A program made the position numbers and the translations under genes. A DNA stretch of 63,976 nucleotides, counting the filler, from Ionaspis alba (taxonomy: Eukaryota): the NCBI GenBank assembly GCA_964255285.1. It is 4 parts of 4 records of this genome, joined end to end, with 100 filler letters (N's around TTAATTAATTAA, not from the genome) between each part and the next. Parts side by side here need not be neighbours in the genome. Positions count along the whole stretch, not along the records: positions 48,430 to 63,976 come from CAXUUL010000371.1; 3 more parts are not named here. One strand, given 5' to 3'. The notes below the pieces were generated by a model. The model made no database searches and was not told where the DNA came from. It saw only the letters and a program-made list of their open reading frames with translations. Positions 49,181 through 61,154 of the stretch are shown here, one piece after another. How positions within the stretch are numbered: the first letter of the stretch is position 1; every line of letters begins with the position of its first letter.

Positions 49181-50225
49181 CGTGTGTCGAGTAAAAGGAA
49201 TGCTTGAATCAAAATACGATACAAGGCGGTAAGCCTAGGGTTCACAGATCACTTGATAGTCAATATCAGAAGAAATGTGCAGGGGTGACTGTATGCTGGA
49301 CTGTCCTTCTCAAGTGTTCTAGAATGTGGGAGAGAGATTTATATCATCCTACTACCTCATCTTCTTGACCTCATTTTTTGTATCTCAATGCCTTCGGAGG
49401 TCCAATTGCCCAACGCCAACATCAAACAAGAAGTGATGATCCCGTAGATGAATCTTTGTGCTAGGCAATAGCCCACAAGGCCGCTCCACACCACCATCAA
49501 AGCTAATAGAGAAAATAACGTGTATGACCACAGAGGGCTTCAGAATCATTGTAGCCCATTAGGGCCTGTTGTGCCTCGCTTAGGCCCGTGTGGAAGCAAA
49601 AATCGGACATGGTGTTGCATATGTAAGACTAGAGGCAGACATGAAAGATCTGAACAATTGTTTCAAGCATTATTTTCACGGTTCTCTGCCGTTTGGTTAT
49701 GTTGGCATGCGGCTTGCAAGCAAGTCGGCGAACCGAAACCGCGATTTCGGTGGAAACTCACTTCGGAGCACCTGGTACAATTGCGTATTGGGCACCCCAC
49801 AGATGTTCAGAACTGTCGTTTTCTAGGTAATTTGTGGCTCAATTTCTCTCAGCGTACCAACGATTTTACAAGCCGCGTGGTTGGATGGGCGTTGGCACGG
49901 GCTCGCTAAAAAACCCGGTACGACTCAAGAGCCAATCACAACACAGCAATCCCGTTTCAACGGCTGCGCAGAATAACCAACAACGACACCTTAGACTAAT
50001 TCCTCACAACCATAGGTCTAGGCAGCCATGGATGATTATATCCTGAAGGATCTGGGGACTTAAGGGAGTGACCTCGTAAGATGCTGGCTCATTGCTAGGA
50101 AAAGCTCATCACGAAAAGTGGTAATTTCAAACACGGTTTTTTTTCTTTCAAATCTCATGCAAATTCCAAGCGGGCAGAGCACGCTCTTGTGACTACCTAT
50201 ACAAATCTCATTACTCAAGTCGACG

Positions 50226-51057
50226 ATGATGTTTTCGCTCCTTCGAAGTTCTGTTCCGAATGCGGAGTTCCGCAGTTATATTTCCGATCAGCAGGCCGTG
50301 TTCAACGCTTCCTACCCCGACGGCAGCAGTTGGTACCTTAAGATCAACCGCGGAGATGTTTTGGCGTGCAACGTTCCAATCCTATTCGCTTTTATTGACA
50401 GCTTGGTCCTTAATGGCGTGAGTCTCAAGTTCTTGGATCACGACAATGCTCTAATTCTCAAAACAGTATTTCTGGGGCCTCATTGCACACCAAGAATCTA
50501 CGAGGGGGTCCTCTGGGTCGCAGACAGGAGAGAAGAAGGATTCTACTCCGCATTCTAGTCCTACTCGCCCTCGAGTCAACGCTCGTCCATGGCAGCAAAG
50601 TTGGTCTCTGCTATGGTGGATACCATTTGCCATGATTGTGATCGTCCTCCGGGCCTATACCCGGAAGCAGTCATTGACTCTCGAAGATGCGTCGGTACAG
50701 ACTCGAGATATGATACGCCCGTTACGCAGCAATGTGCGCCATGTTGTCTTCCTGCTTATCTTGCTAATCTATCCTCATGGACTTGGAAGCTTCATCCGAA
50801 ACTGCTATCGATGGGCAGCTTGGAGCCTCGTTGCTCAAATCTTCCTTTTCTTGAGTCTCTCAGCGTTGTTCCTTGGACCACTGGTGAGCAGGGAGATCAT
50901 ATCTTTTGTTCTCGAGCCGTTGATCAGCTGGTTGTTTCGACTGAGTTTTGCCTTGCGAGTCGAGCAGCTCGCGAAGCCTCTAATCCGTGGAGCTATCTCC
51001 AAAATAAGAAATCGATTGATCAAGGCATGGCACCGACCAGCACAAGCTCGAACTTGA
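50226..51057 (+). CDS. Orphan multi-pass membrane protein (~260 aa) sharing an N-terminal motif with the neighbouring secreted protein
   Basis: Exons 50226-50417 and 50467-51057. The 49-nt intron GTGAGT..CTAAT..CAG joins two ORFs in frame. Hydrophobic segments WSLLWWIPFAMIVIVL, VVFLLILLIY, WSLVAQIFLFLSLSALFLGPLV and IISFVLEPLISWLF. Confidence 0.65.
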
Positions 51058-51749
51058 TGCACGAGAGGTGGAATATTCGGCAATGTCTCCCTCTGTCACA
51101 AAGCTAGCTAAATCAATGAAGGGGCTGGATTCGAGGAGGAATTGGGGAATAGTCGAAGTCTAGATCTGAGGTGGGTATGGGGGTACAACGAAGCTCGCCG
51201 CACTTCAATACTTGCATGGGTCACTAGCTAGCTCCTGTCTACGCTCAGAAAGAATGCAGATTTTTTACATCTAGTCATCAAGTTTCGACAGCCCCTGAGT
51301 GGCTCAATTTGGGATCTTCCTTTGCATGTAGTTCTATGACCAGATCTCCCACACCACAAGCAAGAATCATCTCTATTTCCGGCCCGACCAGCACATGACC
51401 GTGCCATCCTGCTAAGCCAAGCTGCTGGAATGACCGGCGGCGGCTTATCTAACCGTCTGATCTCTGAAGCTATGTTGTTGGCACATCAGCCTAGCGGGTA
51501 AGCCTGAGACGCCCGAGACTTCTCACACGCTTGATGCTGACAGGACGGAAAAGTGTTAAATGATTGGACAAATGGGTGCAATGTATGGAGCTGTTCGTTT
51601 CAGCTAGGTTGGAAAATTCCCTTCAGTGTGTATTATACGTTCCATTAGACACAAATATACGGTCGATGTAGTTTTGAAGGTTTGGACGAGTTGCACAAAC
51701 AGAAGCATACGTAAGGGAAGCACTCAAGCAAAGAGAGGCTCAGGACTAA

Positions 51750-52640
51750 GCCTAGAAGGTTTAGCTATCTGCAGATGAAGCGCAAAATCCTCCACCTTGA
51801 ACAGCATAGGTATCATTCGACTCCACAATCTCAGATCGGCTGCAAGACAACCTCCGATCCAAATAAGATGCTTTGTAGTTTGTCGTGGCCCTTCCATCCA
51901 TCAAGACGAAGTCCCCCTGCATACTTTGGGCCCTTCATCCGTTAATATGGATAGTTGCGAGGAGCCGTAAAGAGTCAATATACTAAAATGTCCCTGAAAA
52001 ACTAGCGAGCAGTTCATCTCGTGGAGCACTCTCTTCAACTGCTCTGGGGAATAATATTCGTTAACAGCTACCAAAAGATCAAGCTTATTGCCACAACGAT
52101 TGGCATGTATTTCAAAGGTGATGAGGGGCGTAAGTAGATCTGTGCTGTCATTGTTCGGGAAGTCGATATCCAGATGGTGGAGACCTGGAAACTTGGCTAG
52201 GAGTGCGGAGGTAATGGGTCAGTCATCTGTGACCGGTCGACTTGTCCACTTGAAGGGCTGAAGTCGTATCCAGAGCTCGGTGATGTACTCCGATGCGATG
52301 GGGAATTTTTCAGTAAAAGAAGAAAGTAGATCTTCACTGCTGAATTAGACCCAGTTGTGCTTATACAGTACAACGATGGCCTCTTGATACAGGCACTCAC
52401 CATTCTGAGCATCTCCGTACGATTGTTGACAATACCGGGTCTGTACTTGGGATTGATAATTGTGCCATCCTCGGTTCGTAAGGCTAGGATGAGAGCCTAT
52501 TTTCGCAGCTCGTACAGGATACCAAACAGCGAGGCAGTCGGACAGCATTTCGCCATGATAACAGGCTTTTCCGTAGGAATACCTATAATCACATAAGCAT
52601 AACCTTGAGCGACGGAGCCAGGTGGCTTGTCTAGAGACAG
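51750..52640 (-). pseudogene. Decayed F-box-like/DUF7730-type gene (copy 2)
   Basis: Fragments across frames: LFGILYELRK*ALILALRTEDGTIINPKYRP..NNRTEMLR / CLYQEAIVVLYKHNWV*FSSEDLLSSFTEKFP / LLAKFPGLHHLDIDFP. In-frame stops and frameshifts are present. Boundaries are approximate. Confidence 0.55.
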
Positions 52641-52959
52641 AGATAACTTTGCCAACGGGCGTTACCATTCAGGGCCTGGTATTCTGGGACTTAGAGGTTG
52701 TGTTGAAGAGCTGTAAGAGTCCAATAGGTCAGCCGTCGTTTTGGGAGGGAATGCAGATCACATGTTCTCACACTGTTTGCACAAGGACTTTAGTCGAGGA
52801 ATTGCGGAAAGGTACATAGTACTGCGGCTGTTGAATTGGCTTGGAATCCTTGGCAAGGGGTGGTGGAAAGAGAGAGAGAGTATGTATATGTGCAAGAGAG
52901 CTATCAGTCAAGAGCATGGAACATCTTACATGTAAGCGAGTGAGTCCTCATCAACACAA

Positions 52960-53169
52960 ACAGGCTAAGACATATAACACAAGTGGCACAAGATCGTGAT
53001 ACTTTGCGAGAAGTNNNNNNNNNNNNNNNNNNNNNNNNNNNNNNNNNNNNNNNNNNNNNNNNNNNNNNNNNNNNNNNNNNNNNNNNNNNNNNNNNNNNNN
53101 NNNNNNNNNNNNNNACAGGCTAAGACATATAACACAAGTGGCACAAGATCGTGATACTTTGCGAGAAGT
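52960..53169. other. 100-N scaffold gap flanked by an exact 55-bp duplication (assembly artefact)
   Basis: 52960-53014 is identical to 53115-53169. Confidence 0.92.
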
Positions 53170-53249
53170 ACTATCATATTAGCTATGTGGCTGTCACTTA
53201 TGAGCATCGTTGCTTTTGACGTCAGGCTTTAGGCCTAGAATCGCCTGTC

Positions 53250-54430
53250 GCTAAGTGATTTCCAAGGATTTAGAAGGAGGGACAAAGCCGGAAGTATCTG
53301 GTAGAAGGGTACAGAAGTATTTGAAGTAGGGAGGCACCACGTCTTCGCGTACGAAAGATCTTGCGGAAGTGCATTAGAAGAGAATTCTTTGAACATTTTC
53401 TTGTAACAAGTACACCGTTCCCACCGAGGAGATCAGACAAAGGTACTGATTACTTAACTCTGATCCGTCAAAGCTATGGCAATAGTCTCAATCGAGGAGC
53501 AATTGCCTAAACCCTACCAACAAGTTGGGACGCGGACGAGTGGTTCTTGCTGGACGATTAAAACCAAGTCATGCTGTGTTGATTGTCCACTATGGGTTCG
53601 AGGTGTCATGGGACTGCCTGCCGCTACGAATCGATACACGCCGTTCTCAAATTTAGGAGTCGTGCCGAACGTTCTTCTAAGGACATTCGAAGACCTCATT
53701 GCATTGAATATTAACTGGGTCAGGGATAGAGTGACGGAGCCCCAAATGCGGACCGTCACCTGATGCTTGTTCAGCGACTCGCGTGGACCGATCTGGAATG
53801 TTGTCACCAGCACACCAACTTGAGTGTCATGTGGCAGACTGCTGTCTATACCGCCACTCGGACCCTCGGTCGAGAACTCGAGATCAAGCTCTTTGAGGTC
53901 CTTAAATCGATCGAACAGATACGCCCATAGAGCCAGCGATAGGAAGCCGATTTATTGTTCCAATCTACTCCATCAAGACCAAAGCAAAAATGCTGAACGA
54001 AGCCTGATAGTTTTGGGAATCGCATAGCAAAAGCGCGAAGGGCAACTTCGTCATTGAAGTGGAATTGGTTTGCTCGGTAGAACAGTCTCGAGCCTTTCTC
54101 GTAGAATCTACGACATACCAACAAAGTTTCGGTGCCGTTAAAGCAGATGTTGTTAGGGTAATACTGAGCATGTACGATGCAGCCGTCGTCGGGCTCGAAT
54201 GCGTGACGAGGATTTGTCCGACCACCTCAAAGGGCATATCCAGCAGAGTTGGATTATGGCGAATGCTGGTCCTGGTGGACATCATTGCCGATAGCTGAGG
54301 ATCTACAATATCAGCATCATGTTATCGAATTGGACAAGAGAAAAGGTCATACAGCGCGGAATGACACGGCGTACGTCCTTCACGATCCGGAAAGTTTCTG
54401 TTTCCTCCCTACAGCGTGATCGACTTTTGG
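53250..54430 (-). pseudogene. Decayed F-box-like/DUF7730-type gene (copy 1)
   Basis: LLDMPFEVVGQIL /frameshift ~54208/ RHAFEPDDGCIVHAQYYPNNICFNGTETLLVCRRFYEKGSRLFYRANQFHFNDEVALRAFAMRFP /frameshift ~53955/ WAYLFDRFKDLKELDLEFS. Further stops lie downstream. Boundaries are approximate. Confidence 0.6.
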
Positions 54431-55807
54431 TCTAGAGCTCAAACACGTTAGTCATGTTATTGAGTATGTGACGGAGTTTTCATACTAACAGTGCTGTTCG
54501 AGGTAGAAGTGCGGACGGATATGATCGCGGTCTTGACGCTGGAGTATGAGAGATGTTGGGAGTCAAACCAATCGTATAGAACGACGGTCCTACCCGTGTT
54601 GAGTGTACACAACATAGTGATCCCATTATTCACAAGTTGCGGATCATCAACACCGTATCTTCGAAAGCGGTTCGTTGAGCCAGTGAAATATTCATTCATA
54701 GGAGCAATAGGAGGTATTCAACGATACATTACATGAGAGCCATGACCAACAACCCCGCAGCCTTGATATAACAAGAGGCACTGTAATTCCGCCTGCAACT
54801 AGTAGGCATAGATTTGGATAGAACGCTAATCATCCAACATGTTTTACCTGAACTATGAGGAAGCTTCCGGAATCTGCACAATCGGCCGATCCCATAGCAG
54901 GCATAGTCATCCATATCCCGTCTTCTCGCTGGTTGTAATGATTTGGCGATGAACGCCTCAATCATAAAGGCTCACCAAATTAACGACAATCGGTCTTCAC
55001 AGCCCTTAATTTATGGTCTTGAACTTGCGCATCGTGAATCTCGCCGTGCCACAAGAGATACAAGCTTCCGGAGCTCAGTGAGCAGCGTAAGTAAATATTA
55101 ATCAGATATGAATGCGGCACTTCATTGGACACGCCGAAGCACAATCATAGCTCGGGTATCGCAAGTAATGCATTCGTTCCGGCCAACATCTTACTCTAAG
55201 GTCAAACATATAAAGGAATGAGAAACGGGGAGAGTCAAGGCATTGTTGAACAGTAAAAATAAAGCAGACAGGAAACAATGCTCCGACTTAGATCTTAGCA
55301 AGGGCCAACAAACCGAAATGCTGTATAAATGGCCAAACAGTTGTGAATTGAGATACGCTGAGAAGTGTTCATGATGTTGCCGCAATCGGACACAACGATC
55401 CACGACAAAGGGGAGGAAAGATACTACTAAGAATCATCACAGCAGAAGCCAAAGGTAGAGGAGAGTAGCATTGTATGAGACAATGTATACTGAATATGGT
55501 TCTCATGTTTGGCAGAAATCCGGTTACATCCATATGGTTGACTTGCCATCAGGGGTTGACCGTTTGATTTGCTAGGAGAAAACGCGCCAAGACTCATTAC
55601 TTGGCAAAGCGAGCCTGCAAACATCGAATGGTGAAGCTAATCTTCAATTGTGCTTCATCAACAAAACAGTGATCACAATTCGACCTTGTGTGGCTAGAAC
55701 GTGACACTATCTGCTTCGAGACCTCCGGAACTCTCCCAGAATTGACATAATGTACTGACTATCAATCACGACGCTGTCATCCTTCCCTTTCTCCAAAAAT
55801 TCTCACC

Positions 55808-57759
55808 ATGGCCGAACAGCCAAATATCTCACAAATCCTAGCGGCACTGGGTAAGAGACCGTTATGGTCGAGTCTGCTATGCTGAATCTAACTAACACGC
55901 ATGTACTAGCTGCTCAGCGACCCGGAGGCACTCCCACTCAAGGTCAACCAGCACCTGCGCCTCCTCCACAACCGATACCACAAGCGTACCAGCAGCCATA
56001 TCCTATAGCTACGCCGCCTTCAGTTCCCTCAACATACCCTCTACCTCAGCCTAGTAGCTCTGGGAACGTTGACTTGAGTAATATCAAGCCATCCAATTCG
56101 GGATCTGTCAGCTTAGCGGATGCAATTGCTCGAGCTCGAGGCATAGCCGCCGAAAAAGGTGTCCCCTATGACGCGGCCAGGAGTGGTCAGTCGTTGCAAT
56201 ACAATCCTACACCTCAAGAAGTGAGAGCTGACCTAGATTTACTACCAGATCCAAGGCGGTCTTTTCGTCACTCGAGATCTCGATCCCGGTCGCCGCCACG
56301 AGTTGCTAGAGATAGTTTCAGAGACAACTACAACCCATATCGTGACGAGCGTCGCGACGAACCACGGCGAGCTAACGGCGTAGGATACTCTCGGGAGCGG
56401 TCCTTCTCACCAGGTGCGCTAGGCCGACCTGCCGGAGGATCGTTTCCTCTACGCAGTTATGGTGGTGGCCCTGGTGATAGGTCACCAGCACCGTATGGTG
56501 GAGACCCCAACGTTGAGACCATTGTGATCGATTCTGGATTGGTTGGCTTAATCATAGGTCGGCAAGGCGAGAATCTCCGGCGCGTCGAGGCAGAGACAAA
56601 CACCAGAGTCCAATTCATTACCGGCCCCGAAGCTACTGGACCTAAACGACAATGTAAAATCACGGGTACAAAACAAGCAAGGGAAGATGCAAAAGCCGAG
56701 ATAGCTCGTATTATTGAGGAGAACGGCAATCCGGCCAGAGGAAACGTCCCCCCAGAGAGGCTCGCCGGTGGCTATAGTAAAGCCGTTGGAGGTCACCAGC
56801 CAGCTTTGCGTGCTGGGGAAGACGCGACGCAGATCATGGTACCGAATCGTACAGTTGGCTTGATCATCGGGAGGGGTGGAGAGACTATTCGAGATCTGCA
56901 AGAGCGAAGTCAATGTCACGTCAATATCGTTGGCGAAGAGAAAAGTATCAACGGACTACGACCTGTGAATCTCATTGGAACACCACAAGCTGCTCAGATG
57001 GCCAAGGACCTGATTATGGAGATTGTGGACAGTGACACCAAGAGTTTGGCGGCTCAAGGAGGTGGCCTCCCTCCCAGAGATATGGGCCGAGGTCCGGCTG
57101 GGATGGGAGCAGGAGCTGGCGTGGGCTATGGTGGTGGAGATAGCTATGGTGAGAAGATAAATGATACCATGGTCGTCCCTTCCGAGGCAGTGGGCATGAT
57201 CATTGGGAAAGGTATGCCTATGGCCATTCGCCCAATAACCAAGCGCTATACTGATCACCATTCTTTAGGAGGTGAGACAATCAAGGACATGCAGAGCACG
57301 ACCGGCTGCAAGATCAATGTCGCGCAACCGTCGGGCCAAGATTTCGAACGCGAAATTGGACTTGTTGGAAGTCGAGCCGCAATCGAGCAAGCTAAAAGAG
57401 CCATCATGGATAAAGTATATGCAGTCGTAAGTATTTGCTGTTGAGGTACTCATCATCTCTTGCTAACAGCTACCTAGGAAGAGAAGAATCGGCCTGGAGG
57501 AGGTTCAGGAGTTCGACGTGATGATCCATACAGTGACCGCTACTCACAACCACAGCAGTCTTACGGTCAACCCGCTGGTGGGCCTGGAGGTCCTCCACAA
57601 TCATATGGCATGCCACAAGGAGGGGCCGTGAGTGACCCAGCGGACCCCTATGCTCCTTATGGTGGCTACCAAGCCTATGTCGCCATGTGGTATGCCTCCA
57701 TGGCCCAACAAGGACAGCAGCAGCCGCCACCCGGGCATGGACCCCCTGGACCCGCGTGA
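55808..57759 (+). CDS. KH-domain RNA-binding protein (FUBP/KSRP-like, 3 KH domains)
   Basis: ATG at 55808 (MAEQPNISQILAAL), about 5 exons. GxxG loops LIIGRQGE, LIIGRGGE and MIIGK|GGE. C-terminal DPYAPYGGYQAYVAMWY; stop at 57759. Confidence 0.9.
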
Positions 57760-58710
57760 TCTCATCTCCTGATCAGTTGCGTGACATGTCGCCGTTGACT
57801 TCATCGTTGATTGACCTCAATCTTGAATGCTTGATGCGATGAGATGACTATGATGCTCGACTACTTGCATGACATGCTGTACCTCTCGACGCCCGCCGCC
57901 TCTATGGATGATTTTTGAGTCATTGATTTGGCCCGCCTTTGCCGCCTCTCTTGAATGGCTAGCGCTGTGATGATCGACTTCGATTCGCTTTTGAACCATT
58001 CTATGATGACATGCCGCCTACATTCTTTGCATCCACGAGTGGTCGATGTCCTTCGCCACTACTTGAGCAAAGTGCCGATGCTAGTTATGTTGTATTGGTA
58101 TCTCGATTTGGACTTTTCCGTGGTCACGATATCCGAGTCCTTCGCTTGCCCTGCATGGATATTTACAGATGAAGTCCGACCATGCACAAAGGACTTGATC
58201 GTCATCAAATTGCCTACTAACACATTCTATGCAACGTGGGCTTTCAATTACTCATGAAGACTTGGGAGCGTGCTCCCTATGTCCATATTTCAAGATACCT
58301 GACGCAGGAATAAGCCCTGTTTGTTACTATGCTAATCTCTAGCTCTTTTTCATCACCTGGGATGAGAGGGATGCAAGGCTTGCAAATGACGCGTCTTTAC
58401 GAGCTCTTCAACTAGTACAATTAGAACTCTTCGAAGCTGGCACTTAAGCAGCATGCTAGCATCCAATGCGATGATCCATCCTGCATTTTGATGTATGAAA
58501 CCCCATAATCTTCCACTGATACCTACGGCCAGGTTGACATGCCAAATCAACCATCGCCTGATACACTTTCTGAATACATTTGTTTTACTGAGATTGAATA
58601 TGCAATATTGAAGACAACAGCACACGACGCTCAAGAAACATTGCCTCAATACGCCAAAACCGTATTTCCACAATAGCCCAAATCTATATCCAGATGTCCC
58701 TTCCCAAATC

Positions 58711-60603
58711 TCAAATTCTGTCAAACCACCTGCCCCACGATTCACCTCTTCCTTCTCCTTCTTTCCCACTCTTAAACCTCCTCTCTTCCTCCTCCCAGAG
58801 GTTTCTCTCAACCCGGCCCCTCGCTTCAAATGCTCTCACAAACCGCCAAGCCTCCGAATCCGCTAAATTCCACGCCTCAACCACCTCCCTCATGTCCACA
58901 CCCTTCTTCACTTTCCCCTCTCTTCTTACAACCTCCTTGCCTTTGGCCAACAACTCGGCCTGTTTCATCAAATCCTCGAAGGATGGCGATGATTTCGGCA
59001 AGGTTTTATGCAACAGCGCGATCTGTGCTGGGTCGGTCGATAAGGGAAGAAGCTTCGACGTGCTGTTCTCTGGTCGAGGAAGAGAGAACCCAAATCGCCA
59101 TTCCAAATCCCGCCACTCGATCTCCCGCTCCGCTGTCACCCAAACGCCACGTGCAGCGCCCCACTCGCTTGCTACGTCCTCTTTGAAACCGACCACCCGC
59201 CTTGATCCCCCGACCTTTGAACCGAGTGTCTCTTTCGTCACAGCTTGGAGCCAGCGGTCACGTTCTGTATCACGACGGATGTGACGCACGCTTAGGTCGG
59301 GACGCTTGGAGAGGAGCAAGGCGAGGGTGTACGGGTGTGGTATTGTCCCGAGCGTGAAAAGAGTGGTGGTGTTTGTGTGACTGGAAGGGAATGCGAAGGA
59401 AGGGGCCTTGCAGGGAGTGCATTCGGGTGTGTTTGGTGGACAAGAATGTGGAATGGGAGATGTGGGACAAGTCGTAAGAGCAGTAGCGAGAGGTAACAAA
59501 GATGTGGAAAGAACTGCGCTGTGTTCGGGGTACGGGGTCAAGACAGCGATGCCTGACTTGAAGGAGGAGAGGAACGTAGTATGGAGGTGCTGCGTTATGA
59601 GCTCAGCGAGAGAAGCGAGACCGGCAGCTTGTGAGCTTAAAATAGTGGTCGCAATGGGTTTGTAGTGATCCGTCAAGACGGTAGGTTCATAGAAAGCAAT
59701 GTCATTCGGTTTCGGGTCGACCCAAAACATGTCGGGATCGGAAATGGCTTCGAGGATCGTCTTTGAAGTTTTGAGATTTGGAGATTCAAAGGTCGAGGAA
59801 ATGGCGGCTTTGATGGATTTAGCATCGCCGGTAAAAAGACCATTTCCTAACGATTCATAGCGGGCGAGACGTGGGTATTGGCCGCGGCGAAGAAATGATA
59901 GAAGATGATCGTCGTAAGCGCCCATTGGAAGGACAAGCCAGTTGGCGAGGATGCCAGACCCCATGTGACCCCATGCTAGCCATCTCATCATTTCGGCTTC
60001 AAATGAGGGCTTAGGCTTCTTCTGCTCAAGAGTTTCGTACAGTGGATTTTGCATGGCTTCTGCACGGCCAAGGATGATAGGCTTGAAGCCTTGCGCCCAC
60101 CACGCTCGTCGCCATATCAGGAGGAGCTTATTCTCGGCCGTTCGGATGTCCTCATCTTTCTCTGTCTCGGAGTCGTAGTAAGTATAGATGGGAGGCCGCT
60201 TAGTGAGGTGCGGTAGAACAGACCGGTTCTCGTCGAAGGTGATTGTGGAGGAGAAAGGATTCCGCCATTTCCAATCACCGTACCACTTCGCTTCTCCGCT
60301 CGTGCTGTTCTTCTGAACGGGAGGCTCATGGGGGGCTGTTCGGAATGGATTGTGGAAGTCTGGAAGTTTCGGATGTGGAATGGAAGGTCGGTGAATGTGG
60401 CTCGCGGCATCTTTTGCGCTTTGAGAGACGTCAGAAACGGAAGAGGTCGAGAAGAATATTGTGAAGAATATGAATGCCCCAACGACTGTGATGATCAATG
60501 GACCGCGTCGGGTGGTGTTCTGCCGAGGGTATGCTGTAGATGGACCACTAGGATAAGCCTTCACCGGCATTTCGCGAGCTTGGTATAAGTTTGCTTGTTT
60601 CAT
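58711..60603 (-). CDS. Conserved fungal type II membrane protein, glycosyltransferase-like
   Basis: Intronless ORF; the start is either the ATG at 60603 or the one at 60570. Single N-terminal TM (LIITVVGAFIFFTIFF) and stem region, then RPPIYTYYD, LLLIWRRAWWAQGFKPIILG and RWLAWGHMGSGILANW. Confidence 0.75.
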   Translation of the reverse strand: MKQANLYQAREMPVKAYPSGPSTAYPRQNTTRRGPLIITVVGAFIFFTIFFSTSSVSDVSQSAKDAASHIHRPSIPHPKLPDFHNPFRTAPHEPPVQKNSTSGEAKWYGDWKWRNPFSSTITFDENRSVLPHLTKRPPIYTYYDSETEKDEDIRTAENKLLLIWRRAWWAQGFKPIILGRAEAMQNPLYETLEQKKPKPSFEAEMMRWLAWGHMGSGILANWLVLPMGAYDDHLLSFLRRGQYPRLARYESLGNGLFTGDAKSIKAAISSTFESPNLKTSKTILEAISDPDMFWVDPKPNDIAFYEPTVLTDHYKPIATTILSSQAAGLASLAELITQHLHTTFLSSFKSGIAVLTPYPEHSAVLSTSLLPLATALTTCPTSPIPHSCPPNTPECTPCKAPSFAFPSSHTNTTTLFTLGTIPHPYTLALLLSKRPDLSVRHIRRDTERDRWLQAVTKETLGSKVGGSRRVVGFKEDVASEWGAARGVWVTAEREIEWRDLEWRFGFSLPRPENSTSKLLPLSTDPAQIALLHKTLPKSSPSFEDLMKQAELLAKGKEVVRREGKVKKGVDMREVVEAWNLADSEAWRFVRAFEARGRVERNLWEEEERRFKSGKEGEGRGESWGRWFDRI

Positions 60604-61154
60604 GTACCCCAAGATATGTCACCATCTACGCAGGTTGTCAAGAGAGAATGCCTAGGCACATTCGCTCAGCAGGTTGAGGACAAACAGAAAGAGTCAGAAA
60701 CGAAATAGTCGAACGAAGAACCCCTTTGACTTATCAGAAAGAGGCATACACTGCCGGAGCTCAAGCGGCGAAGCTCTAGCTGATATGCAACTTGAAGTTT
60801 CTTGCTAGGAATCCATTGAGCGCTCAGATTTGGCCGAGAGGGTCCAAATCTGAAAGCCAAGGTCGTAAGCGCAAGCGCGACGGCAACAACCCTAGCTGAG
60901 TCTTATTGGACAAATTGCATGTTGGATACATTCTACAAAGCTCATGGGAACGTGTGCTGTTGATGTTGTGATCGCGGAATTTCCCTCAAATCCTTTATAG
61001 ACGTAATTTCATATCTTCAAGAAGAATACTCAATTGACAGAAAAACTACTTCTTGTCTGCGGATTTCCTAGTTCTACATCGTTTCTATCATTTCTTTCGC
61101 ATTGCGTGTTACATTTACCAAGACCCAGGGTCACCTATTCAGAGATACAGACAG

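Noticed and set aside
49520..50046. Short ORFs between the two divergent orphan genes
   Set aside because: Mostly non-ATG starts and no recognisable motif; more simply the shared promoter region.
57780..58100. TGATG/ATGA-rich 3' region of the KH gene as a possible C/D snoRNA
   Set aside because: I could not identify a convincing box C/box D pair with a terminal stem or rRNA guide; it is likely plain 3' UTR.
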